Source of the DNA: Longimicrobiales bacterium
Lineage (GTDB): Bacteria; Gemmatimonadota; Gemmatimonadetes; Longimicrobiales; Gaopeijiaceae
DNA: 64,000 bases
Direction: 5' to 3'
Assembly (NCBI GenBank): GCA_965249725.1
Contig: CBDFMQ010000002.1
Location: 1,888,001 to 1,952,000, forward strand
Shown piece by piece: positions 37,505-47,917 of the stretch. Position 1 is the stretch's first letter. Each line of letters starts with the position of its first letter. The position numbers and the translations under genes are program-made. The notes under the pieces are model-generated. The model did not search any database and was not told where the DNA came from. It saw only the letters and a list, made by a program, of their open reading frames with translations.

Positions 37505-40171
37505 CTACCGCCCTCCCGTCACTTCCTGCACCCAGTTGCGGACGAGGACTAGCTGGGCCTGCGCCGCCCCCCCGACTCGCGTGGAGAAGAGGAAGCGGCC
37601 GTCGGGCGCGACGTCGAAGAGTCGGCGTTGAACGTCGGTCCTCAGCGAGGGGTCCAACTCGAAGAGCCGCTCGCGTGACTCGACGACGAAGCTCGACGCG
37701 TCATGTGTCACCGTGGCGCTCCACATGCACCCGTCCAGGCCGATGAAGAAGACTTCCCCGCCGTCCCTCGACCACATGGCCTGAGAACCGCCCTCGATCG
37801 AGACCGACTCAACGCGGCCGCCCTCGGGATACGGTTGAGCGTAGACTTCGTCACGTCCCGACTGATTGGAGGTATAGACGAGCCAGTTCCCGTCGGGGGA
37901 GGGTTCCGGGCTTCGCTCGTTGAACGCCCGGTCGAGCCATGGCTCCGGCGCGTCATGCTCGCCCGGATCGAAGCGCCAGATGCTCCGAAGCGAGGCGCCG
38001 GGCATGCGCACCAAGAGCTCCCGGCCGTTTCGGGTCCACCACGCGTCAGCGGGCATGCCAGAGAGCTCGACGATGCTCTCGGCCACCCCCGACCCGCCCG
38101 TGGTGATGGACATGACCCAAGTGCGCGAGTCGCGTGAGCCGATGAACGAGATCCGTGGCTCCGTCGGATGCCACTGCGGACGTACACTCACCCCGTCCCG
38201 CGTGAGCGGAAGCCGTGAGCGTCCCACCAGGTCGAAGACCCAAATGTCCTGCTCGCCGAGGCTCTCCGATCCGCTTGCCCATGCGGCAACGACCGAATCT
38301 CCCGAGGCGGACAGGGCAACTCCCTCGAAGCCGCCCGGCTCGATCCAGTCGATGAGTTGGGCCTGACCAGCCCGATTCAGCCAGACGAGCTGTTCCGTGT
38401 CGCCGGCGGCGCCGCTCGCGTAAACGAGCGTCCCGTCGTCTGCAACCGCAAACTCCGCGCCCGTTGGCCCGCTCAAGCCAACCTGAGCGGAGGTCGATAC
38501 GGCCGGGCCGGTCGCGCTCAAGGTCTTGAGATCAAACGGTCGGACGAGGAGCGCGTTGTCCTCGAGCCGTCGGTAGACGATGTGTCCCGAACTCAAGTAT
38601 CGCGGCCGCCTTCCCTCTCCGAGGTCGTGCGCCTCGCCTGCCGCGATGTCGACGGCGAACATCGTCGTGTTCGACACGGTTCCCGACGTTAAGATCGCTC
38701 CGATGCCGGGAAGCACGTCCGACACGACACCCACGACGCCGATGTCGCCCAGCGACACCGATTCGGCCGAGCCGGGCATCCAGCGCCTCAACTCCGGCAG
38801 TTCCGGCACCGTGTAGTAGATCGCCCCGTCATCTCCCCAGGCGAAGCGTGCATTGGCCTCCAACCACACGGGAGTCCCGCCCTCGGCCGGCATCACGCCG
38901 ACGCCCCGCTCCTGCACCCGGAACGCTAGAAATTGGCCGTCTCGGGAGAACTGGGGGGCAACCGCTGATCCAGTGCCCGCGATCGGAGTCGCCTCCAGCT
39001 CGTTCAGGCGTCTCAGCCAGAGCTGGTGCGTCTGGCCCGCATCGCCCCGGCCCCGGTAGACGAGCTGGCTTCCGTCGGGACTCAGCGCCATGGCCGACTG
39101 ATCAAGGAACATGGCGGCTTTGGAGAACTCCTGACCTTGGGGCGTGGTAAGACCCACGCGCGTCACAGGTGCAGGCGCCGGTTCGTCTCCCAGGCTCCAA
39201 GCTGCCACGCCCGTTGCCACCGCCGCGACGACCCACGGGAGCGCGGTGGTCCAACGCCGTGCCGACGTGGCTGTTCTGGCGGTCGCAACCGCAACGGGCG
39301 CCGCCGTCGTCCGTGCCACGGTCTCATACCTGAACCCCACATCATCGAGGGCCGTCATGAACTCGGCCGCGCTTTCGAACCGGTCGGCGGGGAGCTTCTC
39401 CAACGCCCGGGCCAATACCCCCTCGACGTGTGGAGGCACCGTTCTCCGGACCGCGGTGATAGGGGGCGCATCCGTCGTGAGGATCTTGACCAAGACCGCT
39501 TGGGCGCTGGAGGCCGAAAACGGCGGATCACCGGAGAGCATCTCGTACAGAACACATCCGAGCGCATAGACGTCCGACCGGGGATCGACATCCCGGTCGC
39601 CCGTGGCCTGCTCGGGACTCATGTAGTGGGGAGTGCCCAGGCTGAGCCCAGTCTCGGTGATGCGACCGGAACCCGCCTGGGCAACGGCGAGCGCGATCCC
39701 GAAGTCGGCCACCAGCGGCTCTCCACGTTCACTGAGCAGAACGTTCGCGGGCTTGATGTCCCGGTGGACCACGCCGCGCTCGTGCGCGTAGTCCAGTGCG
39801 TCGGCGACCTTGGTGGTGATCGCGAGGGCGTCCTTTACACCGAGTTGCTTCTCGCGGTCGATCCTCTGCCTGAGCGTTTCCCCCTCGACGAACGGCATGA
39901 CGTAGTAGAGGAAGCCGTCGGCTTCACCGGAATCATGGAGTGGCAGGATATGCGGGTGTTGGAGGTTGGCGGTGGTCTTGATCTCGGCGAGGAACCGCTC
40001 GGCGCCGACCACGGCCGCCAGCTCGGGCTTGAGGACCTTGAGCGCTATCTTGCGCTCGTGCTTTAGATCGTCGGCCAGGTAGACCGTAGCCATCCCGCCT
40101 TCGCCGAGTTCACGCTCAATGGCGTAGCGGCCCTCGAGAGTCGCGTTCAGCCGGGTGACGGGGTCAGACAT
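37505..40171 (-). CDS. Ser/Thr protein kinase with a C-terminal TolB/PD40 propeller
   Basis: GEGGMATVY, HRDIKPAN, DFG, GTPHYMSPE, one TM helix, 'SPDG' repeats. Confidence 0.93.
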   Translation of the reverse strand: MSDPVTRLNATLEGRYAIERELGEGGMATVYLADDLKHERKIALKVLKPELAAVVGAERFLAEIKTTANLQHPHILPLHDSGEADGFLYYVMPFVEGETLRQRIDREKQLGVKDALAITTKVADALDYAHERGVVHRDIKPANVLLSERGEPLVADFGIALAVAQAGSGRITETGLSLGTPHYMSPEQATGDRDVDPRSDVYALGCVLYEMLSGDPPFSASSAQAVLVKILTTDAPPITAVRRTVPPHVEGVLARALEKLPADRFESAAEFMTALDDVGFRYETVARTTAAPVAVATARTATSARRWTTALPWVVAAVATGVAAWSLGDEPAPAPVTRVGLTTPQGQEFSKAAMFLDQSAMALSPDGSQLVYRGRGDAGQTHQLWLRRLNELEATPIAGTGSAVAPQFSRDGQFLAFRVQERGVGVMPAEGGTPVWLEANARFAWGDDGAIYYTVPELPELRRWMPGSAESVSLGDIGVVGVVSDVLPGIGAILTSGTVSNTTMFAVDIAAGEAHDLGEGRRPRYLSSGHIVYRRLEDNALLVRPFDLKTLSATGPAVSTSAQVGLSGPTGAEFAVADDGTLVYASGAAGDTEQLVWLNRAGQAQLIDWIEPGGFEGVALSASGDSVVAAWASGSESLGEQDIWVFDLVGRSRLPLTRDGVSVRPQWHPTEPRISFIGSRDSRTWVMSITTGGSGVAESIVELSGMPADAWWTRNGRELLVRMPGASLRSIWRFDPGEHDAPEPWLDRAFNERSPEPSPDGNWLVYTSNQSGRDEVYAQPYPEGGRVESVSIEGGSQAMWSRDGGEVFFIGLDGCMWSATVTHDASSFVVESRERLFELDPSLRTDVQRRLFDVAPDGRFLFSTRVGGAAQAQLVLVRNWVQEVTGGR

Positions 40172-40262
40172 GCCCGCAAGATGAGCCTAAGTTGCGCCCT
40201 GCCACAAGGATCGCTCACTCACCGGCTACCTCGGCCGTCAAAGGACCTGTCGGACGGGTCCC

Positions 40263-40489
40263 CTCCAATACGTTCTCCAATAGTTGACCCTCCTAGATGC
40301 CCGGAAACACCGATCCCGATCCCGGGCCATCCACTCCGAAACCGCACTGAAACCAGGCATTTCCCCGTGATTTGGCGTATAAGCTGTGGGGAATGGGTTT
40401 CAGGGGGTCGCCGGTTCGAGGCGAGGCGGCTGTGAGGTCTTCCGCGGTGTAGGTCAGATGCTCACCGCAGGTCAATCCGGCCGTCCCGA
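40263..40489 (+). mobile_element. att-like junction: arm-like repeats plus tRNA-Pro(GGG) 3' half (40391-40489) with a 55-nt T-loop insert (40420-40474)
   Basis: GAATGGGTTTCAGGGGGTCGCCGGTTCGA-[GGCGAGGCGG..CTCACCGCAGGTCA]-ATCCGGCCGTCCCGA; CTCCAATA direct repeats at 40263 and 40275. Confidence 0.82.
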
Positions 40490-40825
40490 CTGTGGTAAGA
40501 ATCTGCCACGCTTGATGCTACGACATCAGGCAGGGCTTTTCTTTCGTCCCACAAACGGAATGTGTGTCCGTTTGTGTGTCCGGTCGTGCGCCATTCTGGC
40601 ACCGATTTCGGCGTTCCAACGCCCCTCGGAGCTTGTGCCAGATTCGATCTTGCCCACGTGGCACCCCGGCTGGTTTGGTTCCTATCCATCGCTTGTCCTA
40701 AGCCGTCATGACAAGGGTACTCTCGAGCCTCGAGGCTTCCCGTCGTTTAGCTGGCCGCACAGAACCCGGCCTCGTACGTTGCAAACTGTAACGCTCGCCC
40801 GTCCCTCAATGTGGAGCGGAGCCCA

Positions 40826-42514
40826 ATGAGCGAGAAGCGCACGCGACGGACCTATCAGACCCGGTTCGCGAGAGTTGTCCGCCTGGTTCTCCTGTCACTC
40901 TTGACGGGCACCCTGTCTTGTGGCGGTGGCGGCGGAGATGATCCGGACGAGCCGACAGGCCCGAATGCCCCTCAGACCAATTTCACTGAGGACACGAGCG
41001 TCTCAGGCGTGGTCACCCTTACCGAGCTCACCGTTGCGGCTGGGGTCACCATCACCGCCACCGGCAATCTCGTCTGCGACATCGAGGGCGACATCGTGAT
41101 CGACGGGGACCTGGTGGGCGACTGCGTGGAGATCACAGTGTTCGGCCAGGGCAGTCTTACCATCAACGGAACGATCCGCAACCAGTGCAGTGTCCCTCCG
41201 GCAACTGGCGCGGCGCCGACCCTTCTCATCGCCAACCAGGGCGACATGAGCTTGACCGGGGCCACGATCCGGTCCTCTGGCAGGATCGACATCATGAATT
41301 CCAACCTGGGGGTGCCCCTATTCGACGGGAACCCGGCGGACGTGCCGTCCCCCTCGGGCGAGCCACCAGCGGTCCTCAGCATCGTCAATAGCACGATCGA
41401 GGTGGGGCCTGAACGGGCCCCCGACGGACAGGCCGGCACTGACGGCGAGACCGGCGACCTTGTTCTGATCATTGCGAATGGAGACATCGTGTTCGGCGGC
41501 ACCACGTTCATCAAGAGCCAGGACGGGGGGAACGGCGCCGACGCCGTGCATGAGGGAGCTCCGGCCGATGCGGTGGGCAGCCGTGGGGGCTTCGGTGGTC
41601 CGCTCGAGATCCTGGCCTCCGGGAAGATCGACTTTGGGGCCGGGAGTGTGACGATCCAGTCGGGGAGAGGCGGAGACGGGGGCGGCGCCACCGCCATCGG
41701 GACTCCAGGGAGCGGCGTGGCCGCCCCGGATGCTCGGGCTGAGGGTGGGGCCGGAGAGAGCGGGGGCGAGTTACGGATCTTCGGGGTCGCCGGCGTGCTG
41801 GGGGGTGTGAATTCCAATGTACGGATGGGTGGATCCGGTGCGGGCGGATGGGCCGAGGCGACCGGACCGGACGGCGATCCGGAGCAATGCACGAATGGGC
41901 AGGCTCAGTCGGGGGGAGGAGCGACGGCGGCGGGCGGAGAAGGATCTTCTTCTCCTGAGGGACCAGTGATCTTTGGTGCGTCCATCATCTTCGACAGGGA
42001 TCCCGTTGAAGGCGGAGACGGCGGAGACGGCGGAGACGCCCGCTCTGACGGCGGTCGGGGCGCCGACGGCTCCGGCGACTGTAGGCTTCGCGGTGGAGAC
42101 GGGGGCGGAAGCTCTGCCTGGGGAGGTGACGGAGCCGACTCCAGGACGTTCAATCTAGAGGGCAATCCAGCCGGTGAGGGTGGCCTTCCCGGCAACATCG
42201 TGCTTGAGGGTGGAACTGGCGGAAGTGGATTCAACGCTTGTTCGCCCCCGGACATAGGCGGGGAGGGTGGGACTGGGGGGACTGCCGGGGGCCGCGTGGC
42301 GCTCGGGGGGGCTGGGAGGAGTGGATCTGGAGGCCCCGGCCCATTCACGCTGAACGGGGTGGGCAACGGTGGAAACGGGGGAGATGGAGGAGGAGAGGCG
42401 GGCCCAGGGGCGGGCGGGCCTGCGGGCGAAGACATATTGGAGCGGCAGGGCGGTGTCGGCAGCGCGCCCACTCCCTCATTCCTGCCCGGCCAAGCAGGCG
42501 GGCAATGTAGCTAG
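40826..42514 (+). CDS. Glycine-rich surface lipoprotein
   Basis: Lipobox-like 'TLSC'; many GGxGGxGG repeats. Confidence 0.75.
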   Translation: MSEKRTRRTYQTRFARVVRLVLLSLLTGTLSCGGGGGDDPDEPTGPNAPQTNFTEDTSVSGVVTLTELTVAAGVTITATGNLVCDIEGDIVIDGDLVGDCVEITVFGQGSLTINGTIRNQCSVPPATGAAPTLLIANQGDMSLTGATIRSSGRIDIMNSNLGVPLFDGNPADVPSPSGEPPAVLSIVNSTIEVGPERAPDGQAGTDGETGDLVLIIANGDIVFGGTTFIKSQDGGNGADAVHEGAPADAVGSRGGFGGPLEILASGKIDFGAGSVTIQSGRGGDGGGATAIGTPGSGVAAPDARAEGGAGESGGELRIFGVAGVLGGVNSNVRMGGSGAGGWAEATGPDGDPEQCTNGQAQSGGGATAAGGEGSSSPEGPVIFGASIIFDRDPVEGGDGGDGGDARSDGGRGADGSGDCRLRGGDGGGSSAWGGDGADSRTFNLEGNPAGEGGLPGNIVLEGGTGGSGFNACSPPDIGGEGGTGGTAGGRVALGGAGRSGSGGPGPFTLNGVGNGGNGGDGGGEAGPGAGGPAGEDILERQGGVGSAPTPSFLPGQAGGQCS

Positions 42515-42699
42515 CGGTTCGGTTGGGTCGGACGTTATGTGGCCATTGCCCCCGATGGGTCGAGCATGATCCGGCGGAGAGACCCTGAATGTCCCTCGAC
42601 TGCTTCGAAGAAGGCACGTGTTACGTCCTTGTTCTTGCGATCCTCGAGCTGTTACCAGAGCGTGATCTGGGCTCCAGGTCCATCGGGATCGCCCACCCC

Positions 42700-44457
42700 T
42701 CAGTCTTGGACGCTGAACGCGACGTCGGATGCCAGAACGTCACCATCGTCCTTGAGCACGCCCTCGGCCTCGCCTCTGATAGCAAGACCGGCCTCAAGGG
42801 CCTCGGCCGCCGCACCCAAGCTCTCGAACTGCCCGTGGAAGACCGTGAGCTCGTTCACGGTAACCGTTACCTCGTCATCGCCCGTTACCAACGTGAAGGT
42901 GCCGGCGTCCGGGTTCACGGCCGTCACGGTGCCGCCGACATCCACCTCGTCGACGTCCTCTTGATCGTCCTCTTGATCGTCCTCTTGATCGTCTTCTTGG
43001 ACGCCGAACGCTACGTCGGATGCCAGAACGCTGCCGTCGTCCTGGAGCTGGCCCTCGGCCTCGCCTCTGACGGTGTGGCCGGCCTCGAGGGCCTCGGCCA
43101 CCCCAACCAGGCTCTCGATCTGTCCGTGGAAGTGGGTGTGCTCGTTCACGACGACCGTCACCTCGTGATCGCCCTTCGCCAACGTAAAGGTGCCTCCGTC
43201 CGGGTGGACCGCCGTGACGTGGCCCCAGACCTCGACCTGCTCGACCTCGTCTTTCCTGACTGAGAACTCGACCTCGGTCGCCAGCAGGGTGCCGTCGTCC
43301 TGGAGCAGGCCCTCGGCTTCGGCGTGGATTACGTGGTCGGAGAGGAGGGCCTCGGCAACCGCCACGAGGCTCTCAAAGTCACCCTCGAGCTCGGTGTAGT
43401 CGTCCACGGCGACCGTCACTTGGTGATCGCCCTTCACCAACGTGAAGGTGTCCTCGTCCGGGTGGACCGACGTGACATGGCCCTTTACCTCGACCTCGTC
43501 ATCGTCGTCCCCTTCCGGGTCCTCTCCGTCGGTCTCGAACTCGACCTTGACCGCGCGCATGGAACCGTCGTCCAGGAGCGTACCCTTGGCCTCGGCCCGC
43601 ACGGCCTCTTCCGCGGCCAGGGCTTCGGATACGGCCTCGAGAGTGAACAGATCACCGTCGATCTCCGTATGATCGTCCACCCGGACCACGGTCTCGTCCA
43701 GCAGCGTGAAGCTACCGTCGCCGACCGACATGACGAGACCTTCGACCTCGTCCAGCTCCTCGCCGTCTTCGTTCTCGTCCTCCGACTCGAGCTCACCGAT
43801 CTTCTTGCCGTCCTCGCCCCGCACCTGAAGCTCGGGAGAGATCTTGAGCACGCCGGACCCGGTGGCCGTCACCTTGCGGACTGTGGCTCCGCCATCGACG
43901 ACGATCGTTAGGATCTCGCCGCCCGCATCCACCGTGAACTCGGCATGGAGACGGAGCCCGTTCTGCTCGGCGCTCGGGATCGATAGGGGGTGCTCGCCTG
44001 CCTCGTAGGTGGTTCGCCCAACTCGGACATCGGTGTTCAGCGTGATCGTGGGATCCGCGGTCAGGAAGAGCCGAAGCATCTGGTACTCGCCTGTGGGCAG
44101 CGAGCTGTCCAGGAGCTCGAACCCCTCGTCCGGCAGGTTGAGCAGGTCCAAGCTAGCGTTCACCACTCCGGCGTCCACCCAGCCCCCGTCCGCTCGCTTC
44201 GCATCCACGCGGCCGATTTCCAGCGTGATGGAGACCACCTTGTCCAGCGAGACGCTGGCCAAGGCCGGGCCGCCCGCGGTCGGGACAGGGCTAGAGTCCG
44301 CGCTGGGGGCCGACTGTACGACGATGCCGAACATGCCAGCCGGGACGTCCGTCAGTTCGTCTGTGAGTCCGGTGAGGCTCTGCGCGTCCGTGCACGCGCC
44401 TCCAGAGAGCGCTATCACTGCAGCGATCTGCCAAAGTCGTCGGATAGTCCGTGTCAT
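42700..44457 (-). CDS. Lipoprotein with a DUF4382-like domain and four DUF5666-like repeats
   Basis: 'GGAC' lipobox; 'LDLLNL..LPTGEYQMLRL'; four acidic repeats 'EVxGxVTxV..FTL..T..G..EAEGxLxDDG..LA..V.F'. Confidence 0.8.
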   Translation of the reverse strand: MTRTIRRLWQIAAVIALSGGACTDAQSLTGLTDELTDVPAGMFGIVVQSAPSADSSPVPTAGGPALASVSLDKVVSITLEIGRVDAKRADGGWVDAGVVNASLDLLNLPDEGFELLDSSLPTGEYQMLRLFLTADPTITLNTDVRVGRTTYEAGEHPLSIPSAEQNGLRLHAEFTVDAGGEILTIVVDGGATVRKVTATGSGVLKISPELQVRGEDGKKIGELESEDENEDGEELDEVEGLVMSVGDGSFTLLDETVVRVDDHTEIDGDLFTLEAVSEALAAEEAVRAEAKGTLLDDGSMRAVKVEFETDGEDPEGDDDDEVEVKGHVTSVHPDEDTFTLVKGDHQVTVAVDDYTELEGDFESLVAVAEALLSDHVIHAEAEGLLQDDGTLLATEVEFSVRKDEVEQVEVWGHVTAVHPDGGTFTLAKGDHEVTVVVNEHTHFHGQIESLVGVAEALEAGHTVRGEAEGQLQDDGSVLASDVAFGVQEDDQEDDQEDDQEDVDEVDVGGTVTAVNPDAGTFTLVTGDDEVTVTVNELTVFHGQFESLGAAAEALEAGLAIRGEAEGVLKDDGDVLASDVAFSVQD

Positions 44458-44521
44458 CGGTCTTCACCTGGTTCGAGTTCTCCCGTTCGAGTGCAGAAGC
44501 CCGGCGCGGCCACGATTCAGC

Positions 44522-44595
44522 AAAAAAAAACGAGGACCGTGCTCGGTGCCGGGGAGCCCCCTAAGGGTCTGCCCGGCAGCGTAACACGGTCCTCG
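44522..44595 (-). terminator. Long stem-loop with U-tract in the leader of the DUF4382/DUF5666 gene
   Basis: Minus strand CGAGGACCGTG...CACGGTCCTCG followed by T9, ending about 65 nt before the ATG. Confidence 0.65.
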
Positions 44596-44932
44596 CGGAC
44601 CCGGTCGCTACTCTGCCTGCCCCGCTTTCGTGCACCTTTTGTGCCAGCGGGTGGTTGCGGGGGCCGTAACTACTGGAGGTGTATGGACTTCCACACGGAG
44701 CAATCCGGGCGCTGCACCCTCATCGTGCGGCATCACCTCTCGCGAAAGGCGTCAAAAGGTATCCGACTTGCGACAATTCTGCCCATCGCGAAGCGACGTG
44801 CCGTCCGTCCAGTGGGGGGCCGGGTCAGTCGGGCACCCGCTCCTTCAGGCCGCCTTGAGGTGATTCAGGGTGTGTTCGGTATCTTAATCGGCCGCCGGGA
44901 GCACCGTTAGGTTTCAGTCACGGACCTGACGC

Positions 44933-45751
44933 ATGACCCGCGAGACCTCGGACGCGTGGAGACCTACCAACGTGAAACTCAGAGGCTATTTGGCCTTATC
45001 CCTCGCCGCCGTCTTTCTGCTGGCTGGCGACCCGATTCAGCGCCTTGTCATCTGCCCTGCGACGCGCATGTTTCCTTCGGCCGGGCCACATATACTGGGA
45101 GCATGGCAGCGCTTTCTCGCGCGCGTAGTGTTTTTCATCCTAGGCTGGATCGGCGGCGCGGCTCTGCCGGCGGCTCCCCGCATCCCGGGAGAGGCTGGGG
45201 TCCTTATTCTCATGAACCACCAGTCTTTCCTAGACATTCCCCTGATCATTGCGTCCCTTGACGGCTTCTATCCCAGGATCGTCACCCGCAGTAGGTATGC
45301 CAGGTGGATTCCCCTCATCTCCCACACTCTCAGGAAATTCGCGTACCCCTTGGTGGATCCCGGGGCGAAGGCAGGCACGGGGAGGCGAAACCTAGACGAC
45401 CTAGCTGAGGTGGCACGCACCAGTGCCGTCCCGCTGGCCCTGTTTCCCGAGGGCAGACGCACCAGGGACGGCAAGATCGGTCGCTTCAGGACCAGAGGCC
45501 TGGAGAGGATTCTGGGAGCAAGGGATTGGAGCGTATACGTTCTCGTCTGTGACGGCTACTGGAAGCACGCCACATTCGTACAATTCCTGGGGGAGATCAG
45601 TGGCATCGAAGGTCGTGTGAGTCTGCACGGGCCCTTCCCGTGGACGGACCCCGATTCCGACCCGGGCGCGTTCATCGCGGGCATCCGCGAGGTCATGGTG
45701 GAAGAGCTGGCGCGGGTGCGGACGGCGGCCCCCGCAATGGCGCTCCCCTAG
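44933..45751 (+). CDS. 1-acyl-sn-glycerol-3-phosphate acyltransferase family
   Basis: NHQSFLD (HX4D) and FPEGRRT motifs. Confidence 0.88.
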   Translation: MTRETSDAWRPTNVKLRGYLALSLAAVFLLAGDPIQRLVICPATRMFPSAGPHILGAWQRFLARVVFFILGWIGGAALPAAPRIPGEAGVLILMNHQSFLDIPLIIASLDGFYPRIVTRSRYARWIPLISHTLRKFAYPLVDPGAKAGTGRRNLDDLAEVARTSAVPLALFPEGRRTRDGKIGRFRTRGLERILGARDWSVYVLVCDGYWKHATFVQFLGEISGIEGRVSLHGPFPWTDPDSDPGAFIAGIREVMVEELARVRTAAPAMALP

Positions 45752-45850
45752 CCCTCCAATACCTCAGTCCACAGAAGTGCAACACCGACTAGATCGAGTC
45801 TAAAGAGCCGCACTCCAATACCTTCTCCAATACGTACCCCCCCAGGGTCT

Positions 45851-45949
45851 CTGGGATACCGTGCCCTCTCCGTCCGTGACGAGGACACCTGGATCTGGTT
45901 CTGGATCGGCTCCCATTCCGATTACGACCAATTGCTCTCTCGTTTGTAG
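45851..45949 (+). pseudogene. C-terminal remnant of a RelE/ParE-like toxin
   Basis: Translates LGYRALSVRDEDTWIWFWIGSHSDYDQLLSRL*; no start codon; absent from the ORF track. Confidence 0.65.
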
Positions 45950-46032
45950 CCCCTTAGATCTGGACACGGTAGCACGTTAGTGCTATGTTGCCTTCGCGCT
46001 TCACCTTTGCACTTCAGCCTTTCGAGGTACCC

Positions 46033-46260
46033 ATGGTCCGCACTGTCACGCTACGCAAGATGGGTGGCTCCGTCGGTGCCACTCTCCCCAAGGATCTGGC
46101 TGACCGTCTGCATCTCGATGTGGGCGATCAGGTCTTCGTGGTCGCCACCGACAAGGGCCTACTCATTACCCCGTACGATCCGACCTTTGAGGAGGCGATG
46201 GCTGTTTACCGCCGCGGGGCAAAGAAGTATAAGAATGCCCTTCGTGAACTTGCAAAGTAG
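46033..46260 (+). CDS. AbrB/MazE-type antitoxin
   Basis: 'LRKMGGSVGATLPKDLADRLHLDVGD', 'KYKNALRELAK'. Confidence 0.9.
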   Translation: MVRTVTLRKMGGSVGATLPKDLADRLHLDVGDQVFVVATDKGLLITPYDPTFEEAMAVYRRGAKKYKNALRELAK

Positions 46261-46269
46261 ACTCATCCC

Positions 46270-46668
46270 TTGCCGACCGAGCCCACCTGGCTCAACCGCC
46301 CGATTGTCGAAGCACTTCATGCCGACCAGATCCTGGAGCATGGAGGTAGCCTCGGCATTCGCGACGTCGGGCTACTCGAGTCCGCCCTAACTCGGCCGCA
46401 GCAGAAGTGGCACTACACACCCGGCACGGACCTGGCGACTCATGCAGCCGCATACGCCTTCGGCATCGCCAAGAACCATCCCTTTATCGACGGGAACAAG
46501 CGGGCTGCGCTCGTTGCTGCCTATACTTTTCTCGCCATCAACGATTTTGAGCTCGCAGCGCCCGAGCCCGAAGCGGTTAACGCAATCGTCGGCCTCGCAG
46601 ATGGATCGCTTTCCGAGGAAGATCTCGCGTCGTGGATCCGATCCCATCTCACTCCCTGGATTGACTGA
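46270..46668 (+). CDS. doc: Death-on-curing (Doc) toxin
   Basis: 'GIRDVGLLESAL', HPFIDGNKR. Confidence 0.92.
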   Translation: MPTEPTWLNRPIVEALHADQILEHGGSLGIRDVGLLESALTRPQQKWHYTPGTDLATHAAAYAFGIAKNHPFIDGNKRAALVAAYTFLAINDFELAAPEPEAVNAIVGLADGSLSEEDLASWIRSHLTPWID

Positions 46669-46687
46669 ATCGCAACGCCCTTCAGTG

Positions 46688-46843
46688 GCGTCTAACGTTC
46701 CAGGGCCTCCGAACCGGCCCAATCACTTCTGTTCCGAACACCCTCGTTCTTCGTTCCAAGCACTTCTACTCACCAAGACCCGTCCGCTCATGGCCGGTTG
46801 GGTCGCAGCTCCCGAGCGCACAAGGGACCTCGGCTTAGGATGC
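46688..46843 (+). mobile_element. attC-like site (degenerate R' box)
   Basis: GTCTAAC R'' 20 nt after the doc stop; shares TAACGTTCnAGG(G)CCTCCGAACCGGCCC..GGCCGGTTG with 49865-50022. Confidence 0.6.
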
Positions 46844-47477
46844 TGACCCCCACCTTTCTGCCACGAGTCGATGCACGCCTCGCGAAGACCAATAGCCTGT
46901 GTGACTCTTCCGAAGATCCCAGGACGACCGCACGTGCCTGTCTTCAACTGCAACCGAGGGTTCCACCATCGGCCCCACCGGAAACGACACCGGATCGTTC
47001 TTATTCCACAAGTTCAGCCACCGAACAGCTGGCGAGGTGTCGTCGGAGGGCACCCCGTACCGGTGCGAGGGGGATTCTATCGCCATAACACAGCCCCCGG
47101 ACCGACGGGTCACTCCTCAGCGCGAGCATGCAGATCGGCGAACCCATGGTAACGAGCAGACGGAGGCGTACCCGACCCTCAACTACGTGCTCCTTGAAGC
47201 GCCTGAGCCGGTGCACCGCTCCAAACGTGTGCGAATCCCATTCGGTGTGGTCCCACCCCCACTCCACACCGCAAATCGCAGCCTGGTCCCATTCGGACCG
47301 AGACGTGGTCGAGAGGAAACGAAGTACCCCTTGATGGAATGAACCGTACTGGCGCGTGTGGGCGAATCCTGAATCCAATTCCACCTGACCAGGGTCGCGA
47401 GTGTCGCTCCGCGGACGCTCAAGTTCTGTTCCATGGGGCGACACACCGTGGATAAAGACGATCGCCTGCTTGTTCAT
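46835..47477 (-). pseudogene. Fragmented alpha/beta-hydrolase-like gene
   Basis: 'IVFIHGV', 'LVTMGSP' in one frame and 'WLNLWNKNDPVS..SHTGYW' in another. Confidence 0.65.
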
Positions 47478-47633
47478 CTCCTTCTCTCCCGGAGCCTTGG
47501 TCCATCGTCGCCGAACATCACCCTATCTCCCTTCCGTCCTTGGTCCCTCTCAGTCTACGCGGCCCGAATCGGCATTGCCTCGCTCAATATTGGTCATTAT
47601 AGTCTATTTGACCATACTGACTGGAGGACTACC

Positions 47634-47912
47634 ATGTTGAAGAACCGATCTGTCTCCGAGGTGAAGGCCAAGCTCAGCGAGTACGTCCGCGAGGCCCAGC
47701 GCGGTGATCCGGTTGTGATCACTCGGCATGGCAAGGCGATCGCCGCACTCGTCGGCTCTGACGAACTCCAGACCCTCGAACGCCTCCGCTCGGCCGGTCC
47801 CGAAGGAGGGCTCGCGAGCGTGGCCGGGGGGTGGAAGGGTTCCGATGACCTCGTGCGCATCCTACGGACCTCCTCCCGTGTGGGGACCCGAAGCGGCCCT
47901 TCTCTCGACTGA
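47634..47912 (+). CDS. Phd/YefM antitoxin
   Basis: GGAGG RBS; 'SEVKAKLSEYVREAQRGDPVVITRHGK'. Confidence 0.9.
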   Translation: MLKNRSVSEVKAKLSEYVREAQRGDPVVITRHGKAIAALVGSDELQTLERLRSAGPEGGLASVAGGWKGSDDLVRILRTSSRVGTRSGPSLD

Positions 47913-47917
47913 TCATT

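Noticed and set aside
40826..42514. Collagen-like triple-helix protein
   Set aside because: The repeats are mostly GGxGGx with interruptions rather than long Gly-X-Y runs.
42951..43000. 12-nt tandem repeat as a regulatory or phase-variable element
   Set aside because: It is in frame and encodes a QEDD acidic linker between domains.
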